Positions 24,356 to 35,800 are shown, counted from the stretch's first letter. The stretch is DNA of 64,000 nucleotides from Sphingomonas sp. (GCF_041661825.1 NZ_JBAZTU010000008.1:58584-122583); one strand, 5' to 3'. A program made the numbers and translations. Notes: generated by a model from the letters alone, not told the origin.

Positions 24356-25255
24356 ATGAAACGCGCACTTGCTCTGGTCCTTGGTATCGCTGTCTTATCG
24401 CCGATGGCGGCGACGGCTCAGGACATGGCGTGGGGGACGATCATTCCCTCGGTGGCGGGGACCGACCAGCTCGGCATCGTGCTGCGCGAGCAGGTGCGCC
24501 GTCCTCCGCCGGGCCGCGTGGCGCGCCCGCGGATCGAGCCGCGCGACATGGGTGACGCGGTCGCGCCGAACCCGGCCGCGCTGCGCTACAGTCCCTCCAA
24601 GGCGCGCCGCACAGCGAACCTGGCGCGCTTCGTCGAGAAGACCCGCAAGGCCGACCCAGCCGGGGCGAAGGATCTCGCAACTCTGTTCGCGTCGGGCGAT
24701 TTCATCGAGAAGGTCGCGCGGGCGATCGCGCCCTATGACCTGCATGTCGATAATGTCGCCGATGCCTATACCATCTGGTGGATCAACGCGTGGCAGGCGA
24801 CGCGTGGGCGCAACGACACGCCGGGCCCGGTGGTGAAGGACGCCGTGCGGGTGCAGGCGGCGCGCGCGCTCACCGCATCGCCCGAATTCGCTGGATCGGG
24901 CGATGCGGCGAAGCAGGAGCTGGCCGAATCGCTGCTGGTCCAGGCAGCGCTGATCGACACCGCGGTCGAGCAGGCAAAGGGCGATCGGCGGCGGCTCGAT
25001 GCCGTGGGTGCCGCGGTCGCCCAAGGCGCGCAGGGCATGGGGCTCGACCTGTCGACGATGGAGCTGACCGATCAGGGCTTCGTGCCGGCGCAGCGCGGGG
25101 CGGCCGAGCCCGCCGGGGACGGCACGCCCAGGGCGCTTACCGGCACCGCGCCGGGCAGTGCCGGATCGCCTCCCTATGGTCTGCTCGCCGCTGCCGGCGG
25201 CGCGGGCATTGGCGGATGGCTGGTGCTGCGGGCAATGGGTAAGAGGAACGGCTGA
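24356..25255 (+). CDS. Exported hypothetical protein with a C-terminal membrane anchor
   Basis: AAGGAGG SD. Signal peptide is MKRALALVLGIAVLSPMAATAQD. C-terminal TM is YGLLAAAGGAGIGGWLVLRAMGKR. Confidence 0.5.
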   Translation: MKRALALVLGIAVLSPMAATAQDMAWGTIIPSVAGTDQLGIVLREQVRRPPPGRVARPRIEPRDMGDAVAPNPAALRYSPSKARRTANLARFVEKTRKADPAGAKDLATLFASGDFIEKVARAIAPYDLHVDNVADAYTIWWINAWQATRGRNDTPGPVVKDAVRVQAARALTASPEFAGSGDAAKQELAESLLVQAALIDTAVEQAKGDRRRLDAVGAAVAQGAQGMGLDLSTMELTDQGFVPAQRGAAEPAGDGTPRALTGTAPGSAGSPPYGLLAAAGGAGIGGWLVLRAMGKRNG

Positions 25256-25263
25256 AGCCGGCT

Positions 25264-25608
25264 TCAGCGCTGCTCCGCCAGGGAGAAGATGCGCGTGGCG
25301 AGCGTCCATTTGGCGCCGTCGCGCGCCCAGGGCAGGGGGCGCTGGACCTGGTCCATCTGCGCTTCCCAGGCCTGGACGGCTGCATCGGCGGCATCCGCCG
25401 CTGCCTTCCCGGCGGGGTCGAAATCCGCGCTGGTCTCCATCACCATGACCAGGCGATTGCCGGTGCGGTAGATCTCCATGGCGGTGATGCCCGCGCGCCT
25501 GATGCTGTCGCCGATCGCCGGCGGCACGGCGCCCGCGGCGTGCCATGCCTCGTACCGCGCGATCGCTGCCGCCTCGTCGACAAGGTCGATCAGCAGGATG
25601 TGGCGCAT
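25264..25608 (-). CDS. RhaM-family L-rhamnose/L-fucose mutarotase
   Basis: 114 aa. Contains MRHILLIDLVDEAAAIARYEAWHAA...ITAMEIYRTGNRLVMVMET...WEAQMDQVQ. Confidence 0.75.
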   Translation of the reverse strand: MRHILLIDLVDEAAAIARYEAWHAAGAVPPAIGDSIRRAGITAMEIYRTGNRLVMVMETSADFDPAGKAAADAADAAVQAWEAQMDQVQRPLPWARDGAKWTLATRIFSLAEQR

Positions 25609-26340
25609 CTAGTTGATCCAGCCGCCGTCGATGACATGCACCGCACCGGTGGTGAAGCTCGCCTCGTCGCTGGCGAGGTAGAGCGCCAGCGCGGCAATCT
25701 CCTCGGCGCGGCCGAGCCGGCCCATCGGCTGGCGCCCGATGAACGCGCGGTGCGCTGCTTCATAATCGCCGGTGTCGCGCAGCCGCTGCTGGAGCGAGGG
25801 CGTGTCGACCGTGCCGGGGCAGATCGCGTTGCAGCGGATGCCCCGGCCGACGAAATCGGCGGCGACCGCCTTGGTCAGGCCGATCACGCCGGCCTTGGTC
25901 GCGCCGTACGCGAAGCGATCGGGGATGCCCTTCACCGAGCTGGCGATCGACGACATGTTGACGATCGCGCCGCCGCCCTTGTCGAGCATGTCCGGCAGGA
26001 AGGCACGGATGGTGCGGTACATCGCGGTCATGTTGAGATCGATCGAAAAGGCCCAGGCGGCTTCGTCGCAGTCGAGGATGGTGCCGCCCTGCACCACGCC
26101 GGCGACGTTGAAGAGGATGTCGACCGGCCCGATCGTTTCACGAAGCGCCAGGATCGCGCCGGGATCGGTCACGTCGAGCGCGCGGCAATCGATACCGTCC
26201 AGCCCGGCCAGGGTGGCGGGGTCGCGATCGGTCGCGATCACGGTCGCGCCTTCCGCGGCGAACAACAGCGCCGAGGCGCGCCCGATGCCCTGTCCGGCGG
26301 CGGTGATGAGGGCGGTCTTTCCGGCTAGTCGCTGAGTCAT
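25609..26340 (-). CDS. Short-chain dehydrogenase/reductase (2-keto-3-deoxy-L-fuconate dehydrogenase-like by context)
   Basis: Internal ATG at 26340, an ATGA overlap with the upstream gene. Contains LAGKTALITAAGQGIGRA, NMSSIASS and YGATKAGVIGLTKAVA (the YxxxK motif). Confidence 0.85.
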   Translation of the reverse strand: MTQRLAGKTALITAAGQGIGRASALLFAAEGATVIATDRDPATLAGLDGIDCRALDVTDPGAILALRETIGPVDILFNVAGVVQGGTILDCDEAAWAFSIDLNMTAMYRTIRAFLPDMLDKGGGAIVNMSSIASSVKGIPDRFAYGATKAGVIGLTKAVAADFVGRGIRCNAICPGTVDTPSLQQRLRDTGDYEAAHRAFIGRQPMGRLGRAEEIAALALYLASDEASFTTGAVHVIDGGWIN

Positions 26341-27308
26341 GACGCCTCTTGTCGAAGGGGAGTGTCTGTCCGGTCGAGCGCCGTCCACAGCGCCTCGGGG
26401 ATCGGCGTGGCCAGCCGTGCCAGCGTGTCACGCAATTGGGGGACGCCGACAATACCCGGGATCACCGTCGCTACCTGTGGATGGCGAAGCGGGAATTGCA
26501 ACGCGGCGGCGGGAAGCGGCACGCCGTGCGCCGCGCAGGCTGCGGACAGCCGTCGTGCGCGCCCCAGAATATCGGGCGAAGGCGGGGCATAATCATAGTG
26601 CAACGCCCCGATGTCATCGAGATCGTCCTGCGCCAGAATGCCGCTATTGTACGGGCCGCCGATGATGACCCGGACACCGCGTTCGGCGCAGAGCTCGAAC
26701 AGCGCCTCGGCACCGCGATCGAGCAGCGAATAGCGGCCGGCGAGCAGGATCACGTCCAGCTCGATGCGCGGCAGCAGGTCGAGGCAGATCGCGACTTCGT
26801 TGACGCCGATGCCGATCGCATCGACCGCGCCGGCATCGCGCAATGTGCGCATCGCGGCGTAGCCGCTGTCGAGAAAGGCGCGTCGGTGGTGCTCGTGCCG
26901 GTCGCCGTGAGTCACCGCGCCGAGGTCATGCGCGAGCAAAATCTCGATCCGGTCGCGGCGCAGGCGTTTCAGGCTCGCCTCATGCGATCGCCGGATGCCA
27001 TCGGCACTATAGTCGAACACTGGCTCGAACGGATCGGCATCGACGAAGCCGTGCCGCGTGCCGCGTAAGGTGGTCGGCTCGAGCAGACGCCCGACCTTGG
27101 TCGAGACGATCGCCTCATGCCCGGCGAGCGCCGCTCCCAGCCGGCGCTCGGCCAGGCCGAAGCCGTAATGCGGCGCGGTGTCGAAATAGCCGATGCCGGC
27201 ATCGAGCGCTGCAGTGACGGTCGCCTGCGCCTCCTCATCGGAGACGGCGCGATAGAGATTGCCGATCGCGGCAGTGCCCATGCCGAGGCGGGGGAGGGCG
27301 ATGCTCAT
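26337..27308 (-). CDS. Aldo/keto reductase (L-fucose / D-threo-aldose 1-dehydrogenase-like by context)
   Basis: Contains LGMGTAAIGNLY...ALDAGIGYFDTAPHYGFGLAERRLG. Confidence 0.8.
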   Translation of the reverse strand: MSIALPRLGMGTAAIGNLYRAVSDEEAQATVTAALDAGIGYFDTAPHYGFGLAERRLGAALAGHEAIVSTKVGRLLEPTTLRGTRHGFVDADPFEPVFDYSADGIRRSHEASLKRLRRDRIEILLAHDLGAVTHGDRHEHHRRAFLDSGYAAMRTLRDAGAVDAIGIGVNEVAICLDLLPRIELDVILLAGRYSLLDRGAEALFELCAERGVRVIIGGPYNSGILAQDDLDDIGALHYDYAPPSPDILGRARRLSAACAAHGVPLPAAALQFPLRHPQVATVIPGIVGVPQLRDTLARLATPIPEALWTALDRTDTPLRQEAS

Positions 27309-28123
27309 GCCCGCATCCGGGGATAGAAGGCGCGCGCGCTGCGGCCGAACACGGCATCGTGATCATGGACAGGGATCGCGTCCCGGGCGAGCGCCAGCCA
27401 GCCGGCATAGTCGCCGCGCAGGTTGAGCACCGGCCAGTCGCTGCCCCAGATCAGCCGGTCGCTGCCGAACAGCGCATGGACCGCGCGGATATAGTCCAGC
27501 ACGGCCTCGGGCGGCTGCTCAGGCGCCGTCTCGGTCAGCAGCCCGGAAAGCTTGCAGGCGATCAGGGGATGCCGTGCCAGCGGCGCGATCGCCTCATGCC
27601 AGCGGTCGTAGGCGCCGGCCCCGATTTCGGGCTTGGCGGCGTGATCGATGACGATGCGCAGGCGCGGATGGCGCTCCGCGAGGCGGACGAGTGCGGCGAG
27701 GTGGCGCGGCCGGATCAGGGCGTCCAAGGTCAGGTCCCGGTCGGCCAGTGCCGTCAGCCCGGGATCCATCGCCGGGTCGTCGACGGCGTCGGCAGGCAAA
27801 TCCTGCACCATCGCCCGAACCCCGACCAGCGGCCCCGCCGCGATCAGCGCGTCGAGCCCGGCTTCGATGTCAGTCGAGGCAAGATCGGCCCAGCCGACGA
27901 CGCCCGCGACGAACGGCGAGGCAGCCACCTGATCCACCAGCCAGTCGGTATCGCGGTCGCTCTCCTGGCTCTGGACCAGGATTGCCGCAGTGATGCCGAG
28001 CGGCACCGCCAGCTGCTCGATCTCCACCAGTTCGTGATCTCGGTGGATCGCAGCGAGGTCGGCGGTCGGCCAGGTGCAGTCGTTGCGGCCGAGGCGCCAG
28101 ATATGAACGTGCGCGTCGATCAA
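27305..28123 (-). CDS. Amidohydrolase-2 family lactonase (L-fucono-1,5-lactonase-like)
   Basis: IDAHVHIW metal-binding start with a C-terminal GSDWPV. The start is uncertain. I propose TTG 28123, a TTGA overlap with the permease stop. GTG 28156 is an alternative. The long N-extension of ORF 27305..28540 overlaps fucP and was rejected. Confidence 0.7.
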   Translation of the reverse strand: MIDAHVHIWRLGRNDCTWPTADLAAIHRDHELVEIEQLAVPLGITAAILVQSQESDRDTDWLVDQVAASPFVAGVVGWADLASTDIEAGLDALIAAGPLVGVRAMVQDLPADAVDDPAMDPGLTALADRDLTLDALIRPRHLAALVRLAERHPRLRIVIDHAAKPEIGAGAYDRWHEAIAPLARHPLIACKLSGLLTETAPEQPPEAVLDYIRAVHALFGSDRLIWGSDWPVLNLRGDYAGWLALARDAIPVHDHDAVFGRSARAFYPRMRA

Positions 28124-29391
28124 ACCCGGTCGCCCAGATGGCTCCGCGCGAACAGCGCCACCACGGCGAAGCACAGCGCCGGCACCGCCATCGCGGCGCG
28201 GATCGTGCCGGCCTGGTCCGAAGCGACGCCCATCAGCGCCGTGATCACCGCGCCGCCGATGATCGCCATCACCACCAGCGATGCGCCGGGCTTGGTCAGC
28301 GGTCCCAGATCGCGCAGCGCCAGCACGAAGATCGTGGGATACATGACCGACATGAAGAAGCTGGTGGCGACCAACGCGGCGACGCCGACAGGCCCGCCGA
28401 TCATGGTCGCGAGCAGGCAGAGCAGGGCATTGATCGCCGCGAAGCCGAGCATCAGCCGCGCTCCGCTGATCCGTGCAAGCAGCGCGCTGCTGACGAAACG
28501 GCCTAGCATGAACAGGGCGAGCGACGCGGTCAGCAACCACGCGGCATTGCGCTGGCCGAAGCCGGGCAGGGCCGCGTCAACATAGCGGATCAGGTAACTC
28601 CACACCCCGACCTGCGCGCCGACATAGAAGAATTGTGCGGCCACCCCGAAGAGATAGTGCGGCCGGCCGAGCAGGGCGCGATAGCCGGCAAGGCTGCCGG
28701 GCGCCGTCTCGCGCGGGCGCAGCGCCCTTGCCGGGAAACGGGTGATCGCCAGCAAAGCCGCCCAGCCGAGCACGACTGCGGCGATAAGCATATAAGGCAG
28801 CCGCACCGCCTGGGCGTCCGCGATGGCGGATTGAGCGCTGTCGCCGGCGGGCAGGATCAGCAACGCGCCGAGCGTCACCCCAGTGATCGAGCCGAGCGGG
28901 TTGAACGCCTGGGCGAAAGTCAGCCGCCGTTCGGCGCTCTCTGGCGGTCCAAGCTCCGCCACCATCGGGTTCGCCGCAGTCTCGAGAAAGGCAAGACCGC
29001 TTGCGATCACGAACAAAGCGAGCAGGAAAAAACTATAGCTGAGCGCGGTCGAGGCCGGCCAGAACAGTAGCGCCCCCAGCCCGAACAGGCCGAGACCGAA
29101 GATCACCGCCGCCTTATAGCCGAAGCGCTGCATGAACAGGGCGGCCGGGATCGCGAAGCAGAAATAGCCGAGGTAAAAGGCCGACTGCACCAGCCCCGAC
29201 TGGAAGTCGCCGAGCGAGAAGACATGGCGGAAATGCGCGATGAGAATGTCATTGAGGTTGTTCGCAACGCCCCAGAGGAAGAACAGCCCGATCACCAGGA
29301 TCAGTGCGCGGCGGCTGGTGGTATCGGCGGGGTCCGAGGGGGCGGTGATCGGCGCGGCCGTTCCGTCGATGGTGGCGCCTGACAAGGGCAT
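28120..29391 (-). CDS. fucP: MFS L-fucose:H+ symporter-type permease
   Basis: Contains LILVIGLFFLWGVANNLNDILIAHFRHVFSL and about 12 TM segments. Preferred start is ATG 29391, preceded by GGGGAGGAA. The GTG at 29490 lies inside the operator-like palindrome. Confidence 0.85.
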   Translation of the reverse strand: MPLSGATIDGTAAPITAPSDPADTTSRRALILVIGLFFLWGVANNLNDILIAHFRHVFSLGDFQSGLVQSAFYLGYFCFAIPAALFMQRFGYKAAVIFGLGLFGLGALLFWPASTALSYSFFLLALFVIASGLAFLETAANPMVAELGPPESAERRLTFAQAFNPLGSITGVTLGALLILPAGDSAQSAIADAQAVRLPYMLIAAVVLGWAALLAITRFPARALRPRETAPGSLAGYRALLGRPHYLFGVAAQFFYVGAQVGVWSYLIRYVDAALPGFGQRNAAWLLTASLALFMLGRFVSSALLARISGARLMLGFAAINALLCLLATMIGGPVGVAALVATSFFMSVMYPTIFVLALRDLGPLTKPGASLVVMAIIGGAVITALMGVASDQAGTIRAAMAVPALCFAVVALFARSHLGDRV

Positions 29392-29473
29392 GCTCGTTCC
29401 TCCCCATGCCCGCTCGCCGGTCGCGGCGGCGGGCTTTGAGTCGTGATAGCCGATCGTGCCGTCATTGTGAAAT

Positions 29474-29495
29474 GTGAAACTCGTTTTCACCAGTG
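29474..29495. promoter_or_regulatory. Operator-like site 1: GTGAAACTCGTTTTCACCAGTG
   Basis: Contains the imperfect inverted repeat GTGAAAC/GTGAAAA. Lies between divergent fucP and the esterase gene. 19 of 22 positions match site 2. Confidence 0.55.
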
Positions 29496-29576
29496 ATTAA
29501 ATACATTGCGGAGCACAGCGCGCCTGCCCTATCAAATGCGACGCTGATCGCGCATCCAGGCGCGGCGAAGGGAGAG

Positions 29577-30551
29577 ATGGGGATGGCCGAAATATCCCGC
29601 CGCGCCGTGCTGCAAGGCGGAGCGACACTCGCGCTGCTGCCGGGCGCCGCCGTGGGCCAGCCCTTTGCCAGGGAGGAGACAGTACCTTTGTGGCCCGGCG
29701 TGATTCCGGGCGATCGCGGCACCGTGATCCGGCCGAAGAATGACGACCAGTCCAAGGATCCGGCGCATCCCGATCGCTGGCTGACTGGAGTCGACCGCCC
29801 GGTGCTGGTGGTGTGCCGACCGGCCCGGCCCAATGGCGCGGCAGTGCTGGTCGTGCCGGGCGGGAGCTACCGCTTCCTTGCCTATGACAATGAGGGCACC
29901 TCGCAGGCGCGCTGGCTCAACGAGCGCGGCGTGACGGCCTTCATCCTGCGCTACCGCCTGCCAGTCGAGGGGTGGAATGGCCGCAGCGAGGTGCCGCTCC
30001 AGGATGCCCAGCGCGCAATGCGGATCATTCGCGCCGGGTCGCAACGCTTCGGGATCGATCCCGCACGGGTTGCGGTGCTGGGATTCTCCGCGGGCGGACA
30101 CCTCGCCGGGTCGCTCGCAACGCGGCATGCCGAACCGCTCTACAAACCAGTGGATGAGGCCGACCGGCTGCCGGCGCGCCCCGATCTTGCCGCGCTGATC
30201 TATCCGGTGCTGTCGATGGCCGCTCCCTTCACGCATATCGAATCGCGTGACGATCTGCTGGGCGAGGGCGCATCGGTCGCCGAGCGGGAGCGCCATTCGA
30301 TCGAGATGCGGGTCGACGCGCAGACGCCGCTCACCTTCCTCGTCCATGCATCGGACGATGGGCTGGTCCCGGTCCAGAACAGCCTGGCACTGTATTCAGC
30401 CTTGCTCGCCGTAGGGCGGCCGGCGGAGCTGCATGTGTTCGATGAAGGCGGGCATGGCTTCGGCGTGCGCGTGCCCCAGAGCTTGCCCGTGATGAGCTGG
30501 CCGCGGCTTCTTGCTACCTATGCGACGCGCAAGGGCGTGTTCCCGGCATGA
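29577..30551 (+). CDS. Exported alpha/beta-hydrolase esterase (carbohydrate acetylesterase candidate)
   Basis: Tat-like N-terminus MGMAEISRRAVLQGGATLALL. Contains VLVVPGGSY, GFSAGGH (GxSxG) and DEGGHGFG. The start is ATG 29577 or 29583. Confidence 0.75.
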   Translation: MGMAEISRRAVLQGGATLALLPGAAVGQPFAREETVPLWPGVIPGDRGTVIRPKNDDQSKDPAHPDRWLTGVDRPVLVVCRPARPNGAAVLVVPGGSYRFLAYDNEGTSQARWLNERGVTAFILRYRLPVEGWNGRSEVPLQDAQRAMRIIRAGSQRFGIDPARVAVLGFSAGGHLAGSLATRHAEPLYKPVDEADRLPARPDLAALIYPVLSMAAPFTHIESRDDLLGEGASVAERERHSIEMRVDAQTPLTFLVHASDDGLVPVQNSLALYSALLAVGRPAELHVFDEGGHGFGVRVPQSLPVMSWPRLLATYATRKGVFPA

Positions 30552-31342
30552 AGGCGCTGGCCTGGCTGGTAGCCGCGCTGGCGATCGCGGCGCCGGTGTC
30601 GGCGCAGGACCATTATCAAAGCTCGCCCCAACGGCGGATGGTTGTGGAGAAGGACTGGGGCCCCTGGCTCGGCCCGTTTCGCGCGAAGCTCGTGCCGAGC
30701 CTGATGCAGGATTTCGGCGAGCGCTATCTCTATGCCACGGCGAACCGGGCGCTGCCGCCGCCCCGGTCGGGCGAGCATCGTGTGGTGTTCCTCGGGGATT
30801 CGATCACGGATCTTTGGGACCTGTCCAAGGCCTTTCCCGGCAAGCCCTATGTGAATCGCGGTATCGGAAGCCAGGTCACCGCGCAGATGCTGTTGCGCTT
30901 CCATCAGGACGTGATCGGGCTGCATCCGTCGGCGGTGGTAATCCTCGCCGGGGTCAACGACCTGAACGGCGTGCTGCAGCGGGAAACCGAGCAGCAGATC
31001 GAGGCCAATTACGAGGCGATGGCCGACCTCGCCGACCGGCACGGCATCGCGGTCGTGTTCGGATCGGTCATGCCGGTGAACAACTATACGGACAATGCGC
31101 GCGACATGCTGAAGGAGCGCGATCCGGCCATGATCCGCGCGCTCAACGCCTGGCTGAAGGCGTTCTGCCGGACGCGCGGCTATGGGTTCGCCGATTATCA
31201 TGCCGCAATGACCGACGAGCGGGGGTTGCTGCAGCGCGAGTTGACGCGCGATGGCCTTCATCCGCTGGCGAACGGCTATGCCCGCATGGTGCCGATCGCG
31301 CAGGCGGCGATCGATCGCACCCTTGCCCGCAAGCGCCGCTGA
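30548..31342 (+). CDS. Exported SGNH/GDSL hydrolase (acetylesterase candidate)
   Basis: Signal peptide present. Block I is VVFLGDSITD, block III is LAGVNDL and block V is DGLHPL. Confidence 0.8.
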   Translation: MKALAWLVAALAIAAPVSAQDHYQSSPQRRMVVEKDWGPWLGPFRAKLVPSLMQDFGERYLYATANRALPPPRSGEHRVVFLGDSITDLWDLSKAFPGKPYVNRGIGSQVTAQMLLRFHQDVIGLHPSAVVILAGVNDLNGVLQRETEQQIEANYEAMADLADRHGIAVVFGSVMPVNNYTDNARDMLKERDPAMIRALNAWLKAFCRTRGYGFADYHAAMTDERGLLQRELTRDGLHPLANGYARMVPIAQAAIDRTLARKRR

Positions 31343-31348
31343 ACGGCG

Positions 31349-32296
31349 TCACGGCTTCCCCGCCAGCGAGCGGGCGAGGTGGCTGGTCAGGTCGCGGCGC
31401 TGCTCCGGGGTGAGCGTGCCGAACACGCCGCGCACATGCTCGGGCAGATGGCCGGCGGGATCGCCGTTCGCGTGGAAGACGAGATGATCGAACATGCCTT
31501 TCCAGATCGCGCGGCGGCCCTCGGGCAGATCGCTCATCGCGAGGATCCCGTGGAGCAGCGTGTTCAACGGTGACGTCGCTTCGCGGATGTCATTCCACCA
31601 GTAATTGATCAGCACGCTCAGCGGATCGAGCGAGCGCACCGCGTGCCACCAGAAATAAGGGATGTAGATCGCATCGCCGGGTGCGAGCTCCGCCGTCTCC
31701 GCTGCCTCAAGCGCCTGGGCAAAACGCGGATAGCGATCGAGATCGGGCGCCTCGACATCGACCATGCTGACCGGCGCGCCCGCCGGCGTCATCTCGAGCG
31801 GGCCGACATAGAGGTTGGCGATCTGATCGGGCGGGAACAGCGTGAAGCGCCGGCGCCCGCCGACGACGCAGGCGATATTGTCGTTGGAATCATAATGGGT
31901 CGCGACCTGGATGGCGTTGCCGATCCAGATCCTCGGGCGCACGTCGGGCAGAAGCGGCATCGGATTGGCGTCGGCAAAGGCAGGGAGCACCTCATCGGTC
32001 GGCGCCGACTGCATCGCGATGGCGAGCGGTTCCGCGGTGGCCGCCTGGTGAAGCAACTGACCGACGATATCGGTCACTCGGGCGTCGTGGCGCCCGAAAT
32101 TGAACCCGGTCATGTCGTCGCGGTAGAAGAAGCGGGCGCCGATCGCGGGCGCCCCGACCACGCATCCCGCCGTCCTGCCGCTGTCCATCGCCGAGAGATA
32201 GCGAGCGAGCTCTGCTGCGCCGCGCCGCCCTTCGGCGACGGCTGGCCAGTCGGCGACCAGCCCGCGCAGGACGACGGGTCGCGCGTCGGCGATCAC
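31349..32296 (-). CDS. JmjC/cupin-8-like putative Fe(II)/2-oxoglutarate oxygenase
   Basis: Contains VATHYDSNDNIACVVGGRRRFTLFPP (HxD) and AIYIPYFWWHAVRSL (distal His). Confidence 0.7.
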   Translation of the reverse strand: MIADARPVVLRGLVADWPAVAEGRRGAAELARYLSAMDSGRTAGCVVGAPAIGARFFYRDDMTGFNFGRHDARVTDIVGQLLHQAATAEPLAIAMQSAPTDEVLPAFADANPMPLLPDVRPRIWIGNAIQVATHYDSNDNIACVVGGRRRFTLFPPDQIANLYVGPLEMTPAGAPVSMVDVEAPDLDRYPRFAQALEAAETAELAPGDAIYIPYFWWHAVRSLDPLSVLINYWWNDIREATSPLNTLLHGILAMSDLPEGRRAIWKGMFDHLVFHANGDPAGHLPEHVRGVFGTLTPEQRRDLTSHLARSLAGKP

Positions 32297-32632
32297 TGAT
32301 TGAAACAGGGCCCGGTCGACCGGGCCGACGTCGCGGATTGCCCTGATGATCCTGCTCCCCTGCTCCGGGGGTCGCCCCGAGTCCCGTGATGCGCGATCAT
32401 AGCGCCTTCACGTTGCGTTCGGCCAGAAAAGTGCACGATTTCGTAAAAAAGATACGCACATGTAAAAATAATCGCATTGTCGATCATGTTGCAGGCGCGA
32501 GCATATCGAAGGGTTGGACGCAGCGGTCCGACGATAGACACCGGTGTCCTTGCTTGTTTTCCGGCATCAGCATCGCTGCGTTGCAGCGGCCAACTCGTGT
32601 TGCGGTGCAATATGACAACGTACGTCTCATGC

Positions 32633-32654
32633 TTGAAAATCGTTTTTACCAGTG
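32633..32654. promoter_or_regulatory. Operator-like site 2: TTGAAAATCGTTTTTACCAGTG
   Basis: Lies in the 556-bp divergent region upstream of the TonB-dependent receptor, downstream of an AT-rich promoter-like stretch. Confidence 0.55.
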
Positions 32655-32852
32655 CTAGACAATGAGGACAGAACGAGCGCTCAAGCGCCGCATATTTGGG
32701 AGGATCGAAGGCTCAATCGAATTGCTGCTGCCAGATGCGCCGGACGGGTTCCGGCTGAAGGCGGTGCGTCGATCGCAGCGATCCAGCCGATGAGACCAAT
32801 GCATGACGGGCGTCGCGAACGGCGCCGACTTGACGGGGAGGGGACCCTTTTG

Positions 32853-35800
32853 ATGGTATTCGAGAAAATCGCTTTTGGGCCGGCGCGGTCGATGGCTGCC
32901 ATCCGGCGCCGGCATCTCGGGGCGTCCTCGCTGGTGATTGCGGCGATGATGCTGCCGGTGCCGGCTTTGGCGCAGACCGCTGTGGCGGATGCCGCCGGCC
33001 AGACCGGCGCGGGCGGCGGCGCGGGCCAGGCCCCCGACACGCAGGCGTCCGAACAGGAATCGGCGCTCTCGACCGATACCAAGGGCGATATCGTCGTCAC
33101 CGGCATCCGCGCGTCGTTGCAGACCGCGCAGGCGCGCAAGCAGAATGCCGAACAGATCGTCGACTCCATCACGGCGCAGGATATCGGCGCCTTGCCGGAT
33201 CGCTCCGTATCCGAGGCGTTGCAGCGCATCGCCGGCATCACGCTTCAGCGCACCAACGAGAATCGCGACCCGGCCCGCCTGTCGTCCGAAGGCGGTGGCG
33301 TATTCATCCGCGGCCTTTCCTGGGTGCGCTCCGAACTCAACGGCCGCGACGTCTTCTCGGCCAACAATGGCCGCGGGTTGAGCTTCGAGGACGTTTCGTC
33401 CGACCTGCTCGCCGGCGTCGACGTCTACAAGAACCCGTCGGCCGAACTGGTCGAAGGCGGCATCGGCGGCATCGTCAATCTGCGCACGCGCAAGCCGTTC
33501 GATTCCACCGGCCTCGTCATCGCCGCGTCGGGCGATTACAATTATGCCGATCTGCGCAAGAAGGGCTTCTGGTCGGGCAACATCCTGGCCAGCAATCGCT
33601 GGTCGACGCCGCTCGGCGAGATCGGCGTGCTGCTGTCGTACAGCATCGGCAATGTCGGCAACCGCACCGACAGCATCTCGGCTGGCCGATATGATCGGGC
33701 CACTCTGACCACGGCGCAGGACGGCGTGGCCGCCGGAACGAACGTCTATATCCCGAACGGTATGGGCTTCCGCCAGATCGACTGGGAGCAGAAGCGGACG
33801 GCCTTTGTCGGATCGGTGCAGTGGAAACCGAGCGATACGCTGCTGCTGACCGGCGAGGCACTGGTCGGCCAGGCGGATCCGCACGACATCGAGCATGCTG
33901 TAGGCGATTATAGCGCGCCGGGCGCGGACAACACGACTTTCACCTTCGGCCCCAATCGAGAGCTCACTTCGGGTACGATCACCAACCGGCAGATTAACCC
34001 CGATACGCGGTTCGGGTCGCAGCACAAGAAGACGCAGGATTATTCGCTCAACCTGCGCTGGACACCCGATGAGCATTGGGCGTTCAGTGCCGATGTCCAA
34101 TATGTGAAGTCGACGGCCCAGGTGGTAAGCATGACCGCCTTCACCCAGACCAACACGCTCGGCACCTTCAAGTTCGATTTCCGCGGCGACGACCCCTCGA
34201 TGACGGTCACGCCCACCGCCGGGCCAGGCGCCAGCTTCGGCACCTGGACCAACCAGAGCAGCTACTGGTGGGCCGCGGCGATGGACCATATCGAGGACAA
34301 TGAGGCGCATGAATGGGCCGGGCGCGCCGATGTGGAATACAGCTTCATCGACAACCCGTTCCTGAAGTCGTTCCGGCTGGGCGCGCGCGGGACCGATCGT
34401 ACCGCGATCACCCGGCAGACCGGTTACAACTGGGCCCTGCTCAGCGAGCAATATTGGGGCGCGACCGGCAACCCGGTCTATCTCAACCAGACGGGCTATG
34501 CCGGCGGGCCGCAGAATCCCGGGCTTCCGGCGCAGTCGGAGCTGTTCACCTACAACAACTTCTTCCGCGGCGGGGTGCCTGCCATCGGCAGTAGTTTCTG
34601 GTTCCCGAGCAATGCGCTCGTCAGCAACGGCACCGCTAACGCCTATAATTATCTGAAGAGCACTGAATCGGGCGGCTGGGGCTGGACCCCGCTCAGCAGC
34701 GATTATTCGCAGGCCGCGCCCGGCGCCGACAATGTCAGCGGCGGCATCAACAACCAGAGCGAGAAGACCAAGGCAGGTTACGCCCTGCTTCGCTTCGGAT
34801 CCGAAGGCGGCCTTCATTTCGACGGCAATATCGGCGTGCGTGTGGTCAACACCGACACCGGCGCGACCGGATCGGCGATCCGTGTGGCGGCACCCACGGC
34901 CGGCTGCACGGTGGGAACGCCGATCACATCGGGGCCGAGGGCGGGGCAGACGGTCACCCAGGCCGATTGCAACCTGCTCGCCAGCGCCTTTGCCTTTGCC
35001 GGTGGCAATATCGGCGGGCTCACTCAGGCGCATAGCGGCTCCTACACCGATGTGCTGCCCAGTTTGAATCTGCGCTTTTTCCTCCAGGACAATCTGCAAC
35101 TGCGCTTGGCGGCGGCCAAGGCGATCATCCGTCCCACGTTCGCGCAGCTCAATCCCTTCACCACGCTCGGCTTTGCCTTCGACTCCGCCACTGGCATCGC
35201 CAACGGTACCGGTGTCGGGGGGCGTGTCACTGCCTTTACCGGCACTGCGGGAAATCCCGACCTGAAGCCGACACGGTCGAACCAGTTCGATGTCAGCCTT
35301 GAATGGTATTTCTCGAAATCGAACAGCCTGACGCTGGCCGCCTTCTACAAGGACATCAGCAACTATATCTTCGCCGGCGTCGCCTCGCAGACCTATACGA
35401 GCGGCGGGCAGACACACACGTTCGACGTGACTCAGCAGACCAACGGCTCGCACGGTACGATCAAGGGCTTCGAGCTGGCCTATACCCAGTTCTTCGACAT
35501 GTTGCCCGGGCCACTCAGCGGCCTCGGCTTCCAGGGCAACTTCACTTATGTCGACAGCACGGGCGGAAAGAACACTGCGGTCAATGTGTTCGATTCGAAC
35601 CAGACGACCAATGCGGTCAGGCCGAATCTGCCGCTCGAGGGCCTGTCGAAATACTCGTTCAACGTCGCGGGCATCTACGAGAAATACGGCATCTCTGCGC
35701 GGCTCGCCTATAACTGGCGGTCGGGATATCTGCTGACGACCTCGGCGGCGAACATCAACTTCCCGGTCTGGTCGGAGAAATACGGCCAGCTCGACGGGTC